Shown in pieces: positions 21,302 through 33,699 of a DNA stretch of 64,000 bases; the stretch's first letter is position 1, and the number at the start of each line of letters is the position of its first letter. Source of the DNA: Guillardia theta CCMP2712 (taxonomy: Eukaryota > Protista > Cryptophyta); assembly GCF_000315625.1 (NCBI RefSeq), contig NW_005434506.1, forward strand, positions 13,190 to 77,189, given 5' to 3'. The notes under the pieces were generated by a model. That model did not search any database, was not told the origin of the DNA, and was given only the letters and a program-made list of their open reading frames with translations. Position numbers and translations under genes: made by a program.

Positions 21302-22727
21302 CCTGCACCAAGATCAGCTTATTCAAGCAAAAATGCACAAGGGTATAAATAAGCCAGACGTCAAGCAGAGGATACACATAGTCTAGTTAAACTACAGGCA
21401 AGAGTGTATTTTCAGATAGAGTTCACAGCTGCTTCTGTCAGATAAAGACATCTTTACACCCCAAACTAAAAGCGAAGGAAAAATCATCTGGTTGCGACCT
21501 TATTCCAACTCCCACATAACTTCCTTTGACCTCCCCCCTACGCTTGTCAAGAAATCCAACATGTAGTTTGCTATTTTGAGTTTCCAGACCCTACTGGAGT
21601 ATCACGCTAAACTCAACTGAAAGGCATCAGGCAAACTTTCATTCTGCACCCACTACCAAACTTCTCCAAGTGATCATAAGCACAGTGCAACTTTACATCT
21701 GGATAAATGGTAGAGGAAATTCTTGCGAATGTTTGCTCTAAACTAATGTATGTTTTCATCCTTGCTGTTGAATTTTCGCCTAGGCAGCCCCTCTCCCCTT
21801 GCCCCCCAAATCCCCACGAAGACTTTTCAGTTTCTGTCCTTTATCGTTTTCCTTGAGACACATTCATTTCTGTCTCAGATATAGATTATCAATTCTTTCA
21901 TCAGTTACATTACGTCTATGCCTCCATCCCATCTTCTCTTTCATGCTGAGTATCTGTTCCTGTTGTTCACAGCTCTTTCAACTCTCCCTTGCTCTTGGTC
22001 TGAACCATCTCTCAGCCTTCCTCCTTACCATCTCATCTTCCCTTCACGTGGTTTCCCTCCCATCTTCCTCTGCTCATCTCACCTGCCCAAAGGGCAACAT
22101 CGTCGCCCGAACTCCAGCTAGCCGCCAGAAGCGCATTGCGAAGAGGCGTTTGATATGATGTACAGGACTTTTAAAACCCCAGCAAGGTACAGAAAACTCT
22201 AACAAATGTATACAGAAACTATAACATACTTTGTATGAGATTCTACAAAAAAAATGTATTCAACATTTAGTTCATTGATTAAAGCAGTTACAAAGCCGTC
22301 CAAGCGCGGTATGACAGTAGTGTACTGAAAGGTTTACTCATCACAACAAACCCGGGCATCACTGAACTTCCGAACCCGGGGCCGGCTACCCGGTAGCCTA
22401 CTGACCGGCGACGGTGCCAGGGCGCGGCCCGGCTCCGGACCGACAGGCTGGGACCGACGGCCCCGGGCCCGGTCGGGGACCGAGTAATCCAATGATCAGA
22501 TGATCACCGTGAATGAGTCAGTGGCATCGGATCATGATACTGCGGCCGGCAGTGCGCGCAGTTGCCTTTAAGTGAAGGTATCAATTAAGTTTGGCAAGTT
22601 GGGGGACAGCAGTCGGCAGGAATAGGTCAGGGTTTGGTTCTCGCTGTCTTTTCTCTTCTCGCCCTCAGTTAGTTCAGCCTGTGCGACAGTCCGTGTCCCG
22701 GCGGATCCGAACTTCAAGCCTCCTCGT

Positions 22728-22858
22728 CTCTCCTGATTGTCCTCGTACTGATTTTTAACTTAACTTTGAGTAAAGATCTGTACGTATTTTAAAATCCAGG
22801 TCGACTCTCCTGATTGTCCTCGCACAGGCTGAAGTTTTTAACTTAACTTTGAGTAAAG
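22728..22858 (+). repeat. Imperfect direct duplication containing CTCTCCTGATTGTCCTCG and TTTTTAACTTAACTTTGAGTAAAG
   Basis: Blocks at 22728-22745 / 22805-22822 and 22752-22775 / 22835-22858. Confidence 0.9.
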
Positions 22859-24994
22859 TCAATCAGGTGGCAGTCACTGACCGGTGACTGGAGCCGCCGG
22901 CTCGGCGGCGCGGCCTCTTGACCCATCACTCCGAGGCTCGCCGGGTGGGCCCGTGCGAGTGCGCTGGCAGACTCGGACATTGTTCTAAAACATGGCTATT
23001 CAAAGTGAGTTTAAAATAGTTCTAACACATTGGGATTTTTAAATTATCGAACAACTATTTTTTCGATTATCAAAATAGTTTTAAACTGTTTATGCGGACT
23101 GCAATCTTGCTACTATCTCAGAGCAATTTCGAGATCTCCCACTTGACTTAGTTTGAAAAGACTTAATTTGGATCCAAATCTGCTGACATCTCACCCCGCT
23201 AAAACTATTTTAGAATACTATTCAAAACCCTGAGGCCTCCGACTCAGTCCATCAGACATTAAGGTCCCCACCGGTCCAATTGGACCCCGTCTCCTTTCAC
23301 AATCAGGATCCCCGCCACAAACATGAGTCACCTTCAAGATCTCGTTTTCTGTAAATGTACACATAATAAATTCATTAACCTGCTGACATTCGATGAAATA
23401 CCACTACCCCCTTAATCAAGTACCCCTTTGTTTGACGGGAAACAGTACCCCACCCCTAGTTCCCAGGCTTATTTTAGATCGTCTCTGTGATTGTTCTTCA
23501 GAGCTGCCTAGGGCGTATTTTCAGGAACGGACCCCACCCCTTGACACACTTCTTAGAACTACCCCCATTTCCATCTAGTTTGAGAGAAACTGGTGGGTGG
23601 TACACAAGGGAATTCTTCATGGGTGTAGGGTGGGGTTTTCTGAGTGGTACGGTTGTCCGAATCGATTGCGGAAGGTATAGGGGTACTCCGACTAGACGGG
23701 AGATGGAGGGAGGGAATCGAAGGGGTAGTCAAGTCTGTGGAGGGGTGATGGGGGCAGTCCAAGATTCGAAGGAAGGGTCATAGGGAGAAAGGGGGTGGGA
23801 GAAGCAACAGAAAGGGGTGGGGTAAAGGGGTGATATATCACAAGGGGGGAGATACAAAAGGAGATCGCCAGGAGATCAAAGATTAATTGAAAGTACGTCG
23901 TTTCAAGTTAAGATCGGCGATCTTGTTTAAAATCTCTTTTACTTCCTTAAGCATACCCTACCCCAGTCATGAGCATACAACTGTCTACAAAATTTGACCA
24001 AGAGAGGTCCCGAATACGGGTAGACCCCACCCCTTTTGATTCAAACATTATCCCAACCTTTAAATTCAAAGTCTCCAACATAAATCTATTGTTCAAATTG
24101 GAATTATGTGAGAAAGGCCTAAAAAAGAAGTGAATACTTCTTAATGGATTGGGAAGACCCCCACCTACTGCAATCCTTTAAGTATACCCCTGCAAAACCA
24201 ACCCACCCCCTGTTTTAACCTCATTCGCACGAAACCCCCCTCCCCCACCCAGACATCTCCCTTCATCTCTTCCTGAGATCCAACCCCCCCGATGCTTTAT
24301 AAATGAACCCGGGGAAAGCGACACGATGGGGAGAGAAGCAGAGGAGGAGGAGATGTATGACTGTCAGGGAAAGATGGAGGAACGAAGACAGGAAGATCAG
24401 AGAGACGAGGCTGGGCAGATGGAGGCGTTCACAGCATTGAAGAGGAAGGTAGCGGAACAGAATCGCGATGTCAGCCTACGAAGATGTAAGGAGGCTACAA
24501 GAGCAGATCAGGATAGAGGTTCAAGACGAAAGGGCAGACAAAAGATGAATGTTGGAGATTGAGTGAGAAAGGGGAGCGGAGCAAGTCAGGATGGGCAGCA
24601 GACGGAAATGTTGCGCAGGGTATAAGCAGGGCAGGTTGAAAGAAGAGAATAAAACGACGCGCACATCAAGAGCGGATTGAGTTGGAAAAGAACAGTGTGA
24701 ACAGATGAAAGGAGGGTGATGTAGATAGAGCCGCATAAAGATGTCAAAAACGAGAAGTCTAGTTGATAGAAAATAGAGATCCGATCCTATTCGGTATTAA
24801 GGCGAGGATGTGCATCTTTACAGTGAAAGAGAACACCATTGAGATCTGAGGGGTGTAGGGGGATCACACATGACTTGTATCACGCAAAGATGGTATATTG
24901 GTTGCTTCAGAGTTTGACCTTTGTCCACAGATCATCTAGAGTTACAAGCAAAGGAAAAAGCGAAAGAATACCTTCCCCGCTCTTCGTCTACGTC

Positions 24995-25672
24995 ATGGAC
25001 GGAGACAAACACAGCGCAGAAATGCCTCTACTCCTCAACAACTCTCTACAGCCATCTATGTGCAGCCCACGCTTCCACCCACTGTCTACTCTGCCTTTCA
25101 ACATCCACGGGCTGACCTTGCAAGGGTTTGAGGGCTCGGGCTTTGCGGCCTCTCAGATGGCGATGCTCCTTGCTCCCCACGATGACTCGGTGAGGTCAAT
25201 CTTAGCGAAGCGCAAGCTGGAGAAGGATGAGACGGAGACAGAGGACAGCGACAAGTCATCTTCCAAGAGCGGCGATGACCATGAGACAGACAGGGCGAAG
25301 TTAAGGCGGCTCGCGTTCCAGCACGAGGAGCTGAAGACGAGGCTGGCGGAGTCAGAGTGCGAGCTGGACAGGCTGCGGGTTGTTGTGGCTGATCTGCTGG
25401 AGGAGAACAAGAAAGATAAGCATGAGGAAAGCATGAAACAGGACGTGCCCAGGAGATACTGGCTCCAGGAGGAGCACGACAAGTTCCTAGAGGCTCTGCG
25501 CATGTACGGCCCTAAGGCCATGAAGGCGATCTCGGACCACGTGAGGACGAGGACGCCGGTACAAGTGCGGACACACGCTCAGAAATACTTTCAGAAGCTC
25601 GCAAGGATCTCGACACAAGGTGGACAGACGAGCGGGTCGTCGTCAGACACGTTGGACGACATTGCTATCTAA
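24995..25672 (+). CDS. Myb-related SHAQKYF-class transcription factor with upstream coiled coil
   Basis: RRYWLQEEHDKFLEALRMYGPKAMKAISDHVRTRTPVQVRTHAQKYFQKL; heptad segment HEELKTRLAESECELDRLRVVVADLLEENK; a short intron near 25060-25124 is possible. Confidence 0.92.
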   Translation: MDGDKHSAEMPLLLNNSLQPSMCSPRFHPLSTLPFNIHGLTLQGFEGSGFAASQMAMLLAPHDDSVRSILAKRKLEKDETETEDSDKSSSKSGDDHETDRAKLRRLAFQHEELKTRLAESECELDRLRVVVADLLEENKKDKHEESMKQDVPRRYWLQEEHDKFLEALRMYGPKAMKAISDHVRTRTPVQVRTHAQKYFQKLARISTQGGQTSGSSSDTLDDIAI

Positions 25673-26049
25673 GAATGTGTATATGAAAGCTTCACCTTCA
25701 CTGTTGTAGAATTATTCCTGCATGTAAGATGATTTGTTCGTTTAATGTAACTTGGTTTGCGACTATTTTCTTTTCCCTTTCCATTCTCGGCCCTCCCTCT
25801 ACACTCCTCCGCTCCTACCCCCACACTCGATGTCGTCAGCACTTTCCGCGTCTCGGCTGATCCTTCAGCGAAGAATGCTGGCAAATCTTGCACTTCTCAT
25901 GTCTCATGTGTTGACCCCCAGACCCTCCAACTAGCTCAGTGTCAGTACCAGCGAATGTCTTAGGATCCCTGCTGCCCTACTATGGCCTACCCATCTTTCC
26001 TGCTCCTTACAAACTTTCTTCTCCCCCACCCTTGCCCCCAACCACAACC

Positions 26050-26930
26050 CCTTACGATGCCAGCTCCCCCCTGCTGCTCGCCGTCTCCAGCACCCTTCCT
26101 CCTCGTCCCCAGCTATTCTCACCTTATTCTCGTTGTTGAGGTCTGCCTTGTTCATCACTCTTGTCGCAGCTGCAGGAGCGTTGGCAGCCTCCGCCTCCTG
26201 CAACACATGGTTATCAGCACAGCTCAGGAAAGTGTCCAGCCACTCACTTCCTCCTCTTCTCCCGGCTGTTGCTGACTCGAGCTCGATCCCCAGCTGAAGA
26301 GCCCATTCCACTGCGCTTCCAGCTCGTCGAGTCCTAAAGGGCAGAGTCAGAGGGACCAAAGGACGAGGCTGCGAGTCTTACCTGGAAGTTTCCGAGGATA
26401 GCGCTGGTCCACAATGCTCCCCTCCCCTAGATTGTCGTAGTCGACCATGGAGACCGGTACCTCCAGGTCTCCTCCTCCCACCTTGTAGTCATTCTCGTAT
26501 CGGATGGCAGGAGCGTCTGCCTCTGCCTCCTCCTCTTCTTTTTCCGCAGCCAAGGCCTGGACCCTGACTTGCTTCAACTTGCGCGCCTGCTCAGCCAACC
26601 CATCAGCCAGACGCTCTCCTCAGCACCAAGAGTTTACCCTTGGCATGTAGACAACCCTGCCGCTCTGGCGATCAACAAGCATCTCCATCTGCGCGAGGGA
26701 GGTCGTGCTCTGCCAAGTGGTCAGGCCCGGATGCTTCAGATGTGAGTTCACCTGGGAGAAGTTGCCAGAGGCCCCATGGTAGACGATGGCGATGATGGAG
26801 ATAACGAGAAGGACGAAGGATGCTGTACCAACACAACCTCAGCGACCGATGGCAGGAGATGCTGCCGTATCACCCGCTGTGAGGGAGGCAGGCGCCTGTT
26901 GGCTGAGCCTCTCTTCCCAATCCTGACAGA
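26050..26930 (-). CDS. Uncharacterised single-pass membrane or secreted protein, multi-exon
   Basis: Spliced: SLTA-ASFVLLVISIIAIVYHGASGNFSQ / STTSLAQMEMLVDRQSGRVVYMPR / ARKLKQVRVQALAAEKEEEE..YPRKLP; ends approximate. Confidence 0.55.
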
Positions 26931-27723
26931 TCAAGTCAGTGTCAAGCACAAGATCGTCATGCGGTACATCAGGACGCGACTATATATGTTGGAACATAGA
27001 ATCAGTGCAACATTCCATTTGCACATTAACGGTATGTTCTGGCTATCATACAACACCCCTTGAACTCATGTCCTGACCGTCTGAATTTTCTTTCCTTCTC
27101 CTTTCCTTATCCTCTCGCTCACGCAGCCTTTCAATCTGTCTACCTCGAGTGGGAACAAAAACTAAACTGACTTCCACCGTCGCCTCTCCACTCGTTCATC
27201 AGCTTGTCGTGGTGGAAAGGAAATGCGTGCAGAGAAGGAGAAGAAACCATGGTTGCTATCACATCCCTCTTCCAAGAATGCCAATGCAGAATCCTCATCA
27301 CGGCTGGTAACACAAAATCGCAACAAACGCGTTCAAACAAACACTTCTACTCTGCCTTCCTGTCGCCGCCACCCATCACCGCCATGTAGAGCTTGGCCAA
27401 TTATCTCCATCTACTTCACCATGGTTGCATTCCTCCGAAATTCTTTGTTAGCTTCACTCACCATGTCGCTTCCCCTCCTCCGCCCTCCACGCTCGTCGAG
27501 CATGCCGCGTCTCTTCACTGGCAAACCCTCTTCCCCCCTATTACCCAATCCCACCCACCTCTCCCAACGCCCTTTCTACTACCCTCAAAACTCCCTGAAA
27601 ACCACCTACCCCAGATGATTGTTACTACCCCCTAATTTCCCCAGAAAAACACCCCACTCGATGTTGAGTAAACTTGTGGAAGGCATCGGGGGAGGCCAGG
27701 GAAACAGCGATATGCGAGATAGC

Positions 27724-30513
27724 ATGGCGCGGCATCGGCTGCTGCTGCTGCTGCTGCCTGCAGCGTCCTTTCTCCTCCAACCGACACTGTCCTTCTCGAT
27801 CAAGGGAACAAACCCTGGCATGCGATGCTCCCCGGCAGCCTCGAAGCTGCTGAGCATGCTGAAGCATAGCAAGGAGCCGATTGCCGGGAAAGCAGGCCGG
27901 CCTGCGAGGCTCAGATTTTGCCCATGGTCGATGTCTTCGGTCGAGAACCAGGCTGAAAGATATCTACAAGAGATGAACCAGTGTAGGATACTCGGTGATA
28001 GGTCAAAGACAGTCACCATCTTCTGGGTTGAAGGGGGCATGCCCGTCAACTACATGTACGAGCGCTCTGATCCTTGTTGAGGTCTGACAGATGTGCAGGA
28101 TAGACAAGTCAAGGACCCTGCAGTTTCAGAAGGGGCAGCTGATTGTATGCGCGGAACTGGGCTGTGTGAAGGACCGGAGTTTTAGGAGGCTTATAGAGAA
28201 GGTTATGGGAGCAGACTTGGAAAGTATCTCTTTCACCTGCTTCGGGGATGAGGAGGCGTTTTCAGAGGCCAAGAGGGTGAGACGCTGCTGCTGCTCCCTC
28301 TCGCCTCGAGTAGGATGATGCTGCTGTAGGTGTACGGGTTCTGCCAGCGAGCAGCACAAGGTTGGGAGCGAGAGCAGCCCGTCGACTGGTACGTTCAGCC
28401 TGTTGACAATCACATGGGGTAAATCAGTCCCTGCAGCTACAAGATCTGCCAAGTGAGCTACGACGAGAATGAGAGGGAGACGAGTAAGGTGCCTGGGTGG
28501 ATCGAGAAGTCTAAGGTATGGAGCCGCCTGCTCTTGACTGCTGCCTCTTCTCCTCTCGCTGGCCAAGGTATGACGAAGGGCGAGAAACAAGTTTGGGAGG
28601 AGGAAACATAGAAGATGAGCGAAGGAGGGAGGGGTAGAGAGAGACGGAAAGAATGCACGGGGTAAGAGGGGCTGAGTGTGCGTTAAGCGGCGGGGGGGGG
28701 CGGGGCTGTGGGCGAGGGGGAGGGAGAGGGGGGAAGCAGGTGCAGCGGGGGAGATGGATGTTTCTGACGTTTGTTCAACAGTCTTCCCCAGGCTCCCCTG
28801 GTTTCTCTCTCGTCGTCTCGTCGCCTTCCTGGGTCGTCTTGACGCGATTGACGCTATGCGGTTCTACCCCGAGAGAGTCAGCTCGCAGCTGAACCCTCTA
28901 CTTGGGATCGGCATCCTTCCCCTCCTCTCCCAGCAGGAGTGCCAGCTTCTGATCGAGGACGCGGAGGAACATGGGAGGCAGCACGGGTGGACTACGTCGA
29001 GGCACAAGACGCATGCTACCACTGACATCCCGATCGACCGCCTCCCCCGAGGATCGGAGCTGTGGAGGCAGAGCATCGGGCCCAGGATCGCGGAGAGCAT
29101 CGGGGAGAGGTTCGGGTTCAGAGCAGGAGAGGTTACCCCCGTCGACGTCTTCCTTGTGCGGTACACAGGAGCAGGACAGAACCAGCTGTCGGTCCACAGG
29201 GACGGGGCTCTGATGACTTTCTCTCTCCTCCTGAACGAGGCGTCTGACTTCCAAGGAGGAGGGACGTTCTTCGAGGAAGACGGGCTGGTGTTCCGCCATG
29301 AGCAGGGAGTCGCCGTGCTGCACAGCGGAAAGATTCGCCATGGCGGCTATCCGATCTCCTCCGGCAGTCGGTACATCCTCGTGGGGTTCTGCCTGGTAGA
29401 GTCAGAAAAGTTGACGCCGCTGCTCAAGGAGTGGAGGTGGGGAGACCCGCGCTGGTACTTGAGCTCGAGCATCGTCAGTGACGAAGAGGTTCTGAACCGG
29501 ATCTACGACCCTCGCCGGTCCGCTGCTCCTCCTCTCGCTCAGCCGGCCGATGTGGCAGCAGGGGGGGAGGAGGCGCCGCGTGCTGTGCGAGGAGCTGAAA
29601 ATCCCAAGTACCGACAAGCCGCTGAGAGCATCGCGAGGAAGGTGTGGGGGCGACCGGCTGCTGCTGGTAGTCTGGAGAAGGGGGAGAATGGGGCGAGCTA
29701 CGAGGAGACGCTGGGAGAGGGGAGGACCGTCCGATGCTTCTCGGATTCGGCGGAGGGAGACCTCTCCTGCCTGCTCTTGGAGGGCGAGCGAACCATCGGG
29801 CATGTGCTCGCAAAGGACGCGGGAATGAGCGACGAGGAGCTGGGGGAGACGATTCGACGGCTATTCCCGGGGCAGGTCGACAAGAAGGGTGAGCAGGGAG
29901 TGAAAGAGGAGGAGGAGGGATGACTTACTGTGCTACCGCAGACACCTCGAGCGTAAGGATGATCGGTCTAGTTTCAATCGTCCTAGACGATGAGTTCCGG
30001 TAGCTTTCTCTCGCCCGCCCTTCCTCCCTCCTTCCTCTCCCTCCCTCCTTGCCTTTACTTCCTCTCCTTTTACCCTCCCTCCCTCTTCCTCACTCTTCAC
30101 CTTTCAGAGGGAAGGGTCTTGGCGTGGAGCTCATGAAGACAACGATGCGGTTCTATCAGCTCCTCGGTTTCGACTTCATTCTCCTTCAGCAGCGCGACAC
30201 CGGTGCGAATACCTCCCTCCTCCTCCTCCTCCTCCTCCAGCCCCTCCCCCCCAACTTCCGCCCTCCAGCTCTCTTCCCTCCCTTCCTCTTTTCTCGTCGT
30301 CTCTCAGTCCTCTCTACTCCCCTTCTCTCTTCCCTGGCATCTCCCTCGGAGCCTCCGATGCTCCGCAGGCTCGCCGTGACGGTCAGTCTGCCAGGTAGCG
30401 GCAAACTCATTCGCTTCTACGAGTCCCTGGGCTTCCGGCAGGCCTACGACTTCATTGAGCTGGCAATGCTGGCCCCCTGCAGAGCTCAGAGCCCAGCAGA
30501 GCTGAGAACTTGA
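27724..30513 (+). CDS. 2OG-Fe(II) dioxygenase (lysyl/prolyl hydroxylase-like) fused to C-terminal GNAT acetyltransferase, with bipartite presequence
   Basis: VFLVRY..QNQLSVHRDGALMTFSLLLNEASDFQGGGT..VLHSGKIRHGGYPISSGSRYILVGF (HxD..H..R); after introns 29889-29941 and 30000-30107: IGLVSIVLDDEFRGKGLGVELM..KLIRFYESLGF (GNAT motifs); N-terminus MARHRLLLLLLPAASFLLQPTLSF. Confidence 0.8.
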
Positions 30514-30642
30514 GGCCGCTGGGCTGCGGCAGTGAGCCGGCGCCGGGCCCGCCGAGTTCCAGTTCTTCCGGTTCCGAGCCTCTGCCACGGTGGCCAGTGT
30601 CTGCCACGGCGCGCAGCGTCAGCACGTGATATCGGACCGTCA

Positions 30643-30942
<300 letters not shown>

Positions 30943-31245
30943 TCACAGTCACAGTGTTGCTCAGCCCTCACAACAGAGTCAGTGAAGCAGTCGCACTGTA
31001 CTGACGTCAGTGCAGCCCCGTGGCGCTGAACGGTTTTTGGATTTTTAAGTTCAAAAAGTTTAGAAAATTCAGTCGGCTGCTGAGGTTGGTCACGGTTGAT
31101 CCCACGTACAATCAGCGGCTCACGGGCCCGCCGGTCCAGCGGTGTGATGGGGGGCAAAATACAGTAGACCTAGTCAGGCTGAGCGGCATGACCGTCAGTC
31201 AGTGACCGTCGCCGACTGAGTCAGTCACGGTGCCGCATTGAGCCT

Positions 31246-33093
31246 TCAACCGGCCGCGGAGTCCCAGGTCGCCGCATACTCTTCAATTCTTGCTACGGCG
31301 TCTTGCATGGTCAATCGATCTCCGGGGTTGTCGAATATGCAATCTTGTGCAAGTCGCTTGAAGAACTTGGCATCTTCTTGATACTCGATCAGATAATGGA
31401 GACCGGACCGCGAATCAAGCAAAGTGCAGCCGAAGCTGTATACATCGCAGGCAGAGCCGTAAGGTAGCCCCTTGCAAATCTCTGGCGCGATGAAACCGTT
31501 TGTCCCTACCAATGTCATTGCCTGTTGGTCGCTGGACAGCAATCGGGCCTCGCCGAAGTCCGAGAGTTTGACAACCCCGTTCTTCTTCACCAGCACATTG
31601 GCGGGTTTGACGTCTCGGTGGATCACGCCCATCCCGTGAACATGACGGATGGCCCGGGCAAGAGCTCCGACAGACCTGATCGGGTCCTTCCAGAAGATGT
31701 CTTGACCGCTGGGACCCATGCCGCTTCCCTGGTGCGCCAACGTGAAATCGAAATGCTCGAGGATGAGGAACTCATCACGGACATAACCTGTCACCTCCAG
31801 TACTCCGAAGAGAATCACCACGTTTTCGTGCTGGCACTTGTGGAGCAGGTGTCCTTCATGCCTGAGCTTGTTGGCCAGGATCGTATCGGCCGACCGCTTC
31901 AACGCGTACGTCCCCGGGGCCTTACCGTCAACAAGCAACTTTGCTTTGAAGACCCGGGCCGACCCTCCGGAAGCAAGTGAGTCAAAGGGCTTTTGCACCA
32001 CACAGTCGTCATTGAAAATCTTGATCTTCTCAACTTCCTCGCATTCCACTTCAAGAATTTGCAGCTGCTCATCGCAGATGTGGTGGATATCAGCTTCACA
32101 CTCCTTCTCATCGATCAGCTTCTGTTTCATCATCTTCGTCGAACTGTTCTTCAACGTATGCTTCAACATGAGCGCGCGCTCCAGAGCATCTCTGGTGAAC
32201 GTCGCAAGGTTGGACCCCACGTCTTGAATTACCTGGGTAGACATAGAAAATAGATCATGCCTCGCACACCACGTGAGGGAATGAGCTGCCTTGGAGAGAT
32301 TACATTCTTCATGAGTAGGCAACATGTTGCCAATGATGTCGTTCTTCTCTGGGTCTTGGCAGAAAGCCAGTACATGATCCGCATGCCATCGAAGTTCGGG
32401 ATCAATATGGCAGTTGCACAGATAACAAGTACCATTAGCGTTTTCCCAGATATACTTCCTTTGCTTCTTGGTGAGGTGTCGCCTAACGCGGATTTTCCGT
32501 ACAGAGTCTGAAAGGAGGATGGTCACCCAGCAAGGCCATTCTTCTTCGTCTCTCTCCTTAATTCGTTCTCCAAGTTCTGTTGCAACTCCCGAAAGCAACT
32601 GTTCCTTGCTGCCCTGGAGAAGTACACCGCGGCCGTTCTGGCAGGCTTGCCTATTGATTTTATGGAATTTTATGAAATCCTTTTTCAAGTCTTCCGTGTC
32701 ATATCGATGTCCAAGAAATTCTTGGAGGTATTCACTTCCTTTGACTTTCAAGAGGTGGATACACTGATCTATGACACTCAGATGAGGCCGACTTTCATGT
32801 TTGCAATTGCACTGCCTCTCCGTTTTTGTCTCGGTACGGTTGTTTTTCTTGCTCAGGCAGTAGAAGCAGCAGTAACAACAGAGCAATGAACACAGCTCAC
32901 AATTCTTGGTTAAATCTTTGCTTTGTTTTCGCATCTGCTTCTTCTTCACCTCTCGTATTTCATCTTGTCCTTCTTGTCCCTTGTTGTTCTTGTACCTCTC
33001 TTCGTGTCCAGCATCTCCTGCCCCTTCACTCCCAATCATTTCAGGGGTTTCTTCCTTCTCTTCCTTCTCCGCATCTCGACCGCTGTCGCGCAT
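31246..33093 (-). CDS. HNH endonuclease - Ser/Thr protein kinase fusion (615-aa uninterrupted ORF)
   Basis: HNH (about 32281-32485): RRHLTKKQRKYIWENANGTCYLCNCHIDPELRWHADHV..NDIIGNMLPTHEECNLSK. Kinase (about 31270-31990): LASGGSARVFK, YALK, HRDVKPAN, DFG, GTNGFIAPE, DVYSFG. Confidence 0.9.
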   Translation of the reverse strand: MRDSGRDAEKEEKEETPEMIGSEGAGDAGHEERYKNNKGQEGQDEIREVKKKQMRKQSKDLTKNCELCSLLCCYCCFYCLSKKNNRTETKTERQCNCKHESRPHLSVIDQCIHLLKVKGSEYLQEFLGHRYDTEDLKKDFIKFHKINRQACQNGRGVLLQGSKEQLLSGVATELGERIKERDEEEWPCWVTILLSDSVRKIRVRRHLTKKQRKYIWENANGTCYLCNCHIDPELRWHADHVLAFCQDPEKNDIIGNMLPTHEECNLSKAAHSLTWCARHDLFSMSTQVIQDVGSNLATFTRDALERALMLKHTLKNSSTKMMKQKLIDEKECEADIHHICDEQLQILEVECEEVEKIKIFNDDCVVQKPFDSLASGGSARVFKAKLLVDGKAPGTYALKRSADTILANKLRHEGHLLHKCQHENVVILFGVLEVTGYVRDEFLILEHFDFTLAHQGSGMGPSGQDIFWKDPIRSVGALARAIRHVHGMGVIHRDVKPANVLVKKNGVVKLSDFGEARLLSSDQQAMTLVGTNGFIAPEICKGLPYGSACDVYSFGCTLLDSRSGLHYLIEYQEDAKFFKRLAQDCIFDNPGDRLTMQDAVARIEEYAATWDSAAG

Positions 33094-33699
33094 GCCCGAT
33101 CTGGTCGATTATCCATCAGTTTCGAGGATTGATACTGAAATACCCCCAGTACCCCCCAGTGTACCCCTGAAGTTTGATCACCCCAACTTGCTCAATTGAT
33201 GACCCCACCCTTGTAGGTGAACTTTCATTGATTCCTCTGCACTACCCCACCGCTCAGATGGGTAGGAGTTTTATTAATCGGATTGTAAAAATAACTCAAA
33301 CTGAGATGCCAGTACTTTGTATGGTGAAGAGAAGGCGGGGCACCTGTACACCCCACCCCGAGATTCTGCAGAAACTGTGCTGAGAAGTACCCTCCCCCCC
33401 CCCCCCCCATCCCGGGTGCTATTGTTTAGTTATTGGTTTAGCTCAGAGGTCCACCATTTTTACCTTAACTTTGAGTAAAAAGATCTGTTCAGACAGAACA
33501 CAAGAGGTAGAGTAGAGCCAAGGAAGATTGACGTGCAAATGAGGAAGCGAAATGAGGCATAAGGCCGAGAGATACGCGGAGAGTTCTTGAGGAGGGCGGG
33601 TTTGGGCTTGTAGTACAGCAGCGGCTATGGCGTAGTGCTGGCTACTTGCAATGATGGTTCGAGGGTGTTCGTACAGCAAAGACGTTACGCACAGTGAAA

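Noticed and set aside
32848-32900. Possible GTGAG..AAG intron at the Cys-rich start of the HNH-kinase
   Set aside because: It is 53 nt and its removal creates an immediate TAA, so it was not modelled; another acceptor cannot be excluded
31246-33093. Intact transposon or homing-endonuclease element
   Set aside because: No terminal repeats, target duplication, transposase, reverse transcriptase or host intron/intein seen
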